Origin: Pseudomonadota bacterium
GTDB lineage: Bacteria; Pseudomonadota; Alphaproteobacteria; RF32; CAG-239
DNA length: 64,000 bases
Direction of reading: 5' to 3'
Assembly (NCBI GenBank): GCA_918234285.1
Contig: CAKJXZ020000010.1
Coordinates: 49,196 to 113,195 of the forward strand
Part shown: piece after piece, positions 59,248 through 64,000 of the stretch
How positions within the stretch are numbered: the first letter of the stretch is position 1
How the letters are laid out: each line of letters starts with the position of its first letter
Made by a program: the position numbers and the translations under genes
The notes under the pieces: generated by a model
The model's input: only the letters and a program-made list of their open reading frames with translations
Told to the model about the DNA's origin: nothing
Database searches by the model: none

Positions 59248-59340
59248 ACTTCATAGTTGCGATATTTGCAAACTATAAACCTTTAAATATCACTTGCCAA
59301 GTACATACTTCATAGTTTGGTAATTTTAAAACTATGAAGT
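59248..59340. promoter_or_regulatory. Two 34-bp 12-10-12 inverted-repeat sites
   Basis: 59307-59340 ACTTCATAGTTT-N10-AAACTATGAAGT (perfect); 59248-59281 ACTTCATAGTTG-N10-AAACTATAAACC (degenerate). Confidence 0.65.
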
Positions 59341-59402
59341 TATAGGATATAAAGAATATCCGGCGACCGGACTTAAATAATGTAGTTATTCGGTAATTTT
59401 TC

Positions 59403-59431
59403 TTGACTTTTCGGGAATTATTCGGTAATAT
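59403..59431 (+). promoter_or_regulatory. Promoter of the fic-polymerase operon overlaid by TTCGG(T/G)AA direct repeats
   Basis: TTGACT-17-TAATAT; four TTCGGKAA copies between about 59389 and 59439. Confidence 0.6.
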
Positions 59432-59462
59432 TTCGGTAAAGATTATAGCAAAGGATATTAAA

Positions 59463-60521
59463 ATGCCGAATATGACAGATATTACAATTACGCCGGATAT
59501 GCTTAAGAAAATAGCAGAAATCGACACGTTTAACGGGGCGTTTAATAGTGGCGGTATAAAAATTAAGCCTGATCAATTAAAAGCCATGAAGCGCATTGCA
59601 ACGATTGAATCTATCGGCTCGTCAAATCGTATTGAGGGCAATAAATTAAATGATACAGAGGTTGAAACTGTCTTTAATCATATCAGCAAAAAGTCTTTTC
59701 AAACACGCGATGAGCAAGAAGTCGCCGGCTATGCCGATTTGCTCTCAACGATTTTTGAGAATTATAAAGAGATTAACTTATCCGAGAACTATATCAGGCA
59801 GTTGCATAAAATCTTGCTTTCGTATTCAGACAAAGACGAGCGTCATCGCGGCGAATATAAAAAAGATTCAAATCGCGTGGCAGCCTTTGATGCCAATGGT
59901 AATGAAATCGGCACAATTTTTGAAACGGCAACGCCTTTTGATACGCCGCGCTTAATTCAAGAATTGGTAGACTGGACGAACATTAATTTTAAGGACGGCT
60001 ATTTTCACCCGATTATCACAATCGGCGTGTTTGTCGTGCATTTTTTATCAATACACCCGTTTACTGACGGCAACGGCAGGCTTTCACGCGCTTTAACGAC
60101 AATGCTTATGCTGCAAAACGGCTATAATTATATGCCTTACGCTTCAATGGAATCTATCATTGAAGCAAGCAAAGACGCGTATTACAGAGCTTTACGCGGC
60201 ACGCAAAAGACGATATGGACCGATAAGGTTAATTATGAGCCGTGGCTGACGTTCTTTATTACCTCGCTTGCTAAGCAAAAGCGCCATTTAGAAGATAAAA
60301 TTGCTTTAGCTTTGAAAGCGGACACAACGAGAATAAGCAAAGCCGAGCAAGCCGTTTTAGACCTCTTTGAAGAAAAAACAAATTGGTCTGTTTCAGAAAT
60401 GGCAGAAGCTTTAGGCAAAAACAGCGAGACCGTCAAAAAGACCGTGCAAAATCTCGTCAAGAAAGACTTGCTCGAGAAACAAGGCTCAACCAAAGGCACA
60501 TATTATATTTTGAAGAGGTAA
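59463..60521 (+). CDS. Fic-domain protein (class II) with C-terminal winged HTH
   Basis: HPFTDGNGRLSR active site; N-terminal inhibitory motif SSNRIEGN; C-terminal HTH. ATG 59463 with RBS AAGGA. Confidence 0.93.
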   Translation: MPNMTDITITPDMLKKIAEIDTFNGAFNSGGIKIKPDQLKAMKRIATIESIGSSNRIEGNKLNDTEVETVFNHISKKSFQTRDEQEVAGYADLLSTIFENYKEINLSENYIRQLHKILLSYSDKDERHRGEYKKDSNRVAAFDANGNEIGTIFETATPFDTPRLIQELVDWTNINFKDGYFHPIITIGVFVVHFLSIHPFTDGNGRLSRALTTMLMLQNGYNYMPYASMESIIEASKDAYYRALRGTQKTIWTDKVNYEPWLTFFITSLAKQKRHLEDKIALALKADTTRISKAEQAVLDLFEEKTNWSVSEMAEALGKNSETVKKTVQNLVKKDLLEKQGSTKGTYYILKR

Positions 60522-60522
60522 A

Positions 60523-61680
60523 ATGCGCCAGCACGTTATTGCATTGGTTGATTGCGACTGCTTTTTCGTTTCTTGCGAACGGAAGGATAATCCCGATTTG
60601 CAAGGCAAGCCGGTGTGCGTGATGACCGGCGGTGGAAGTAAAGGCATTATCGTGTCGCGCTCTAAAGAAGCTAAGGCGCTGGGGATTAAAATGGGCCAGC
60701 CGTATTTTCAGGTTAAACCGAATTTCCCGACTGCGATTTGTATTCCGGCACGCCACCACCGCTATACCGAGATTTCCAAACAAGTTATGGACACCATCAA
60801 AACTTTCAGTCCGGATGTCGAAGTGACCTCGGTTGATGAAGCGTTTATTGATTTGACCAGCCTCAACAAGGTTTATCACTCGACTTATACCGACATCATA
60901 AAAAATATCCGGCAGACCGTATGGGATAAGGTCGGCATTCCCGTTTCCATCGGCTTGGGAACTTCCAAAACGCTGGCAAAATTGGCGAGCGATAAGGCAA
61001 AAAGTAATAACGGGATATTCGTTATTCCGCCAGATAAAATCTTGGATATCGTGGGCGACATGCCGATTGAGGACGTCAGCGGTATCGGGCGCAAAAACAG
61101 CGAGCACATGAAGTTCAGCGGGATTTTTACGATTAAGGACTTTGTGGCAAAAGAAAACGGCTGGATTAGAAAGGCCTTCGGCATAAACGGATTAAATCTC
61201 AAAAGTGAGCTGACCGGTATTGCGACATCTTTGGTGAATAACGAGCCCACCGCACCGCAGAGCATACAGGTTACCCGCAGTTTTGAGGACTTCACGCAAA
61301 GTTTGGAATATTTGGAACACGAACTAAATCGACATGTTCACGAGGCGTGTCAGAAGTTACGGCGGTGGAATGGCTTTTGCCAAGGGGTAGAAGTCATGCT
61401 CCGCACGAAGGACTTCAAATATCTCGCTACCGAGGCAAAATTTCCCAATCCGACCAACGGTGACCGAGAAGTGCGTGCGACCGCCATAAACCTTTTAAAA
61501 CAACTCTACCGCCCGAATTTAATTTATCGCTCAACCGGCGTAACGCTCAAAAATCTGACCTACGGCGAAGTACAACAGTCGCTGTTTGAGGAAGTTAAAC
61601 CTCACGACGACAAACTCTCCCATCTCGTTGACGAACTGGAAGCCAAATTCGGCAAAGGGATTGTTAAGACAGGAGTGTAG
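60523..61680 (+). CDS. Y-family DNA polymerase (UmuC/DinB-like)
   Basis: LVDCDCFFVSCE, SRSKEAKALGIKMG, SVDEAFID, KTLAKLAS; clamp-binding QQSLF. Confidence 0.93.
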   Translation: MRQHVIALVDCDCFFVSCERKDNPDLQGKPVCVMTGGGSKGIIVSRSKEAKALGIKMGQPYFQVKPNFPTAICIPARHHRYTEISKQVMDTIKTFSPDVEVTSVDEAFIDLTSLNKVYHSTYTDIIKNIRQTVWDKVGIPVSIGLGTSKTLAKLASDKAKSNNGIFVIPPDKILDIVGDMPIEDVSGIGRKNSEHMKFSGIFTIKDFVAKENGWIRKAFGINGLNLKSELTGIATSLVNNEPTAPQSIQVTRSFEDFTQSLEYLEHELNRHVHEACQKLRRWNGFCQGVEVMLRTKDFKYLATEAKFPNPTNGDREVRATAINLLKQLYRPNLIYRSTGVTLKNLTYGEVQQSLFEEVKPHDDKLSHLVDELEAKFGKGIVKTGV

Positions 61681-61695
61681 TAATTTTACTATAAT

Positions 61696-61848
61696 TTATT
61701 TAGAAACATATACATCTGATGAACTGGCTTCAGCTTTGCAATATTCTAACAGTGCTGGAGACATATTGTCCGGATGTGTAAATTCGCATCTGAGGCTATT
61801 ACAACCTGTCAGTAAAATAACAACAATAAACAATAAGCTTTTTTTCAT
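61696..61848 (-). CDS. Small lipoprotein, 50 aa
   Basis: Manual translation MKKSLLFIVVILLTG|CNSLRCEFTHPDNMSPALLEYCKAEASSSDVYVSK*; lipobox LTGC, RBS AGGA. Confidence 0.7.
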   Translation of the reverse strand: MKKSLLFIVVILLTGCNSLRCEFTHPDNMSPALLEYCKAEASSSDVYVSK

Positions 61849-62057
61849 AATTTTATCCTGATAAAACCAAATTATAGCTGTACTAAATCAAAAATAATTT
61901 AGAATCATTTTTATGTATTTTTTCCACATAAAAACGACATTTTTTAAGTTTTTCCCGCATATATAAATTAAAGTATGTATTTTCTATTGACTAACGAAAA
62001 TAATCTGCATATTGTACACCAAAATATGTAAATAGTTGATAATATTACGGGGACAAG

Positions 62058-63617
62058 ATGTTAAAAAATTTTTTGATTTGTTTACTAAGCATTATTCTTT
62101 GCTTTTGTTGTTATTACGGTTTTATTTATTACAAACAAATTACAGATAAAACAAACCCGAATTTAGTGGTTACAAATTTTTCATTTCAGAATGTTATTGA
62201 TAAGGCTAAACAATTATCAAAAATGCCTTATGCTGTACCAGATACAATTGGCTCTTCAGAATTGTTAAATCTGTCATATGATCAGTATCGTGATATTCGC
62301 TTTGTAAGAAAGAATGGGCCTTGGTATAACCAAAAGCTACCGTATGAAGTTCAATTTTTTCATTTAGGGAGTATTTTTAAAATTCCGGTTAAAATAAATG
62401 AGGTTGTCAATAACGTTTCAAAACCAATCAATTTTTCAGCCAAATATTTTGACTACGGAAACAATAAATTTAATGAAAATGATGATGAAATTTTAGGTTA
62501 TGCAGGTTTTAGAATTCATAGTCAGCTCAATACATCAGCATATTATGACGAGTTGGTAACTTTTTTGGGAGCCAGTTATTTTCGCGGTTTAGCAAAAGGG
62601 CAAAAATATGGTTTATCCGCTCGTGGATTAGCAATTAACACTGCGGAAATGATTGGAGAAGAATTTCCTATTTTTAAAGAATTTTGGTTGCAAAAACCAA
62701 AAACTAAAGACAAAGTAATTACCTTATATGCCCTATTAGATAGTAAAAGTGTGAGTGGAGCTTATCGCTTTGAAATTATTCCCGGAACCAATACAATTAT
62801 GAATATCGAAGCTCATTTGTTTCCGCGTGAAAATATTCAAAAAATAGGAATTGCTCCCTTGACATCGATGTTTTTGTTTGGAGAAAATAATAAAAGCGAT
62901 TTTGACGATTTTCGCTTAGAAGTGCATGATAGTGACGGATTATTGGTTCACAACGGTAATGGTGAGTGGTTATGGCGTCCGCTTGATAATTCTAAAAAAT
63001 TACGTATCAGCAGTTTTGTTGATAATGGAGTGAAAGGATTTGGCTTGTTGCAACGAGATAGAGACTTATCAAATTATCAGGATTTTGAAGCAAATTATCA
63101 AAGTCGCCCGAGTGCTTGGGTTGAGCCTCTTGAAAATTGGAATGAAGGTATTGTGCAACTTGTAGAAATTCCATCTCACCAAGAAATACATGACAACATT
63201 GTTGCCTATTGGGTGCCGAAGGTTCCTATTGAAGCCGGAAGAGAATACAAATTTTCTTATCGTTTGATTTGGCTCAATGATGTTATAAAAGGAGAAGATA
63301 TTGCTTATGTTTCTGCGACAAGAACAGGACAAGGAGGAATCTCAGGATCTGAGGATGTCTCCGAAACCAGAAAATTTGTTATAGATTTTATAGGCAAAAA
63401 TTTAGGTTCTGATTTTTCCCAAAAAGGTATTACTCCTAATGTTTCTGCAATCAGTGGCAAAATAATCAATGTCAGTGCAATATATAACCCTATAACAAAA
63501 GGAATTACGGTATATGCTGACTATGCTCCGCATAGCGACAATGATGAAATCAGAATATCGCTGGAGCAAAACGGAAAAACTATTTCTGAAGTATGGAGCT
63601 ATCAATGGTTAAAATAA
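62058..63617 (+). CDS. opgG: Periplasmic glucan biosynthesis protein G
   Basis: LSYDQYRDIRF, FLGASYFR, YGLSARGLAI, EVHDSDGL, HDNIVAYWVP, SEVWSYQW. Confidence 0.95.
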   Translation: MLKNFLICLLSIILCFCCYYGFIYYKQITDKTNPNLVVTNFSFQNVIDKAKQLSKMPYAVPDTIGSSELLNLSYDQYRDIRFVRKNGPWYNQKLPYEVQFFHLGSIFKIPVKINEVVNNVSKPINFSAKYFDYGNNKFNENDDEILGYAGFRIHSQLNTSAYYDELVTFLGASYFRGLAKGQKYGLSARGLAINTAEMIGEEFPIFKEFWLQKPKTKDKVITLYALLDSKSVSGAYRFEIIPGTNTIMNIEAHLFPRENIQKIGIAPLTSMFLFGENNKSDFDDFRLEVHDSDGLLVHNGNGEWLWRPLDNSKKLRISSFVDNGVKGFGLLQRDRDLSNYQDFEANYQSRPSAWVEPLENWNEGIVQLVEIPSHQEIHDNIVAYWVPKVPIEAGREYKFSYRLIWLNDVIKGEDIAYVSATRTGQGGISGSEDVSETRKFVIDFIGKNLGSDFSQKGITPNVSAISGKIINVSAIYNPITKGITVYADYAPHSDNDEIRISLEQNGKTISEVWSYQWLK

Positions 63618-63997
63618 GAGTTCATTCGCGTGATGATATCATAAAAGCCTATTTAAGAGGACTGGGGTATGGTGCTGATATTGATATTTCCAAGCTTTTG
63701 GCTTCATATGAAAGTTTGAACCAGCAAGATGATATAAGCAAGTCATTTGATGATATAATATATAATAAAGCTAAAAAAGTTTTTTCTAAAGATTTATCTA
63801 AAATGCAACTTGTAGCTTTATATAAGGCTCTGTTTATTGAAGGTAAAAATGCTGAGAAATACGGAATTGATGCGCTATTGCCTGATTTTACTAAGGCTGA
63901 TGAGTATTTCAAAAATTCTGCATTTACTGTTGTTCCTCATTATAAAGTATCGGTTATTCCAACTCAGAAAATAGAGCCTATTGCATTGCATAAATAA
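63605..63997 (+). CDS. Small protein overlapping the opgG end, possibly OpgI / separated OpgH N-terminal domain
   Basis: ATG 63605 with GGAG inside the opgG 3' end; AYLRGLG...VVP......PTQKIEP. Positional similarity to opgI in alphaproteobacterial opgGIH operons. Confidence 0.5.
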   Translation: MVKIRVHSRDDIIKAYLRGLGYGADIDISKLLASYESLNQQDDISKSFDDIIYNKAKKVFSKDLSKMQLVALYKALFIEGKNAEKYGIDALLPDFTKADEYFKNSAFTVVPHYKVSVIPTQKIEPIALHK

Positions 63998-64000
63998 TCA

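Noticed and set aside
1-64000. Alternative genetic code, prophage, IS or CRISPR-Cas
   Set aside because: Conserved genes translate full-length with the standard code. No phage, transposase or cas genes and no spacer array were seen.

Overview
64 kb of a low-GC alphaproteobacterial chromosome. Gene content and ribosomal-protein style suggest a gut, RF32/Rhodospirillales-like lineage (inference). 1-22.5 kb is core: dgkA fragment, two near-identical tRNA-Val genes, an XRE regulator, trmB, the S10-spc ribosomal cluster (rpsJ to rplO), an inverted secY-adk-rpsM-rpsK-rpoA block with no rplQ, and alaS. Three Rickettsia-palindromic-element-like hairpins lie around that rearrangement. 22.6-62 kb is accessory and surface-oriented: a PilM-like/giant PilV-like pilin pair, a metzincin autotransporter, a UDG-fold protein, a hydrolase, GNAT, CAT-like and MIF genes, a 6196-aa LktA/FHA-like protein ending in a PilZ-like domain, a toxin/immunity-like pair, a Cys-rich secreted protein, a second GNAT, and a Fic-UmuC-like operon. 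The window ends with opgG and a probable opgI. The most unusual signal is at 55-59.3 kb: two small gene cassettes, each bounded by a short direct repeat taken from a coding sequence (21 bp and 34 bp). One of them leaves a displaced, in-frame GNAT C-terminus behind, and no integrase is present in the window. All calls come from reading the sequence; no searches were run.
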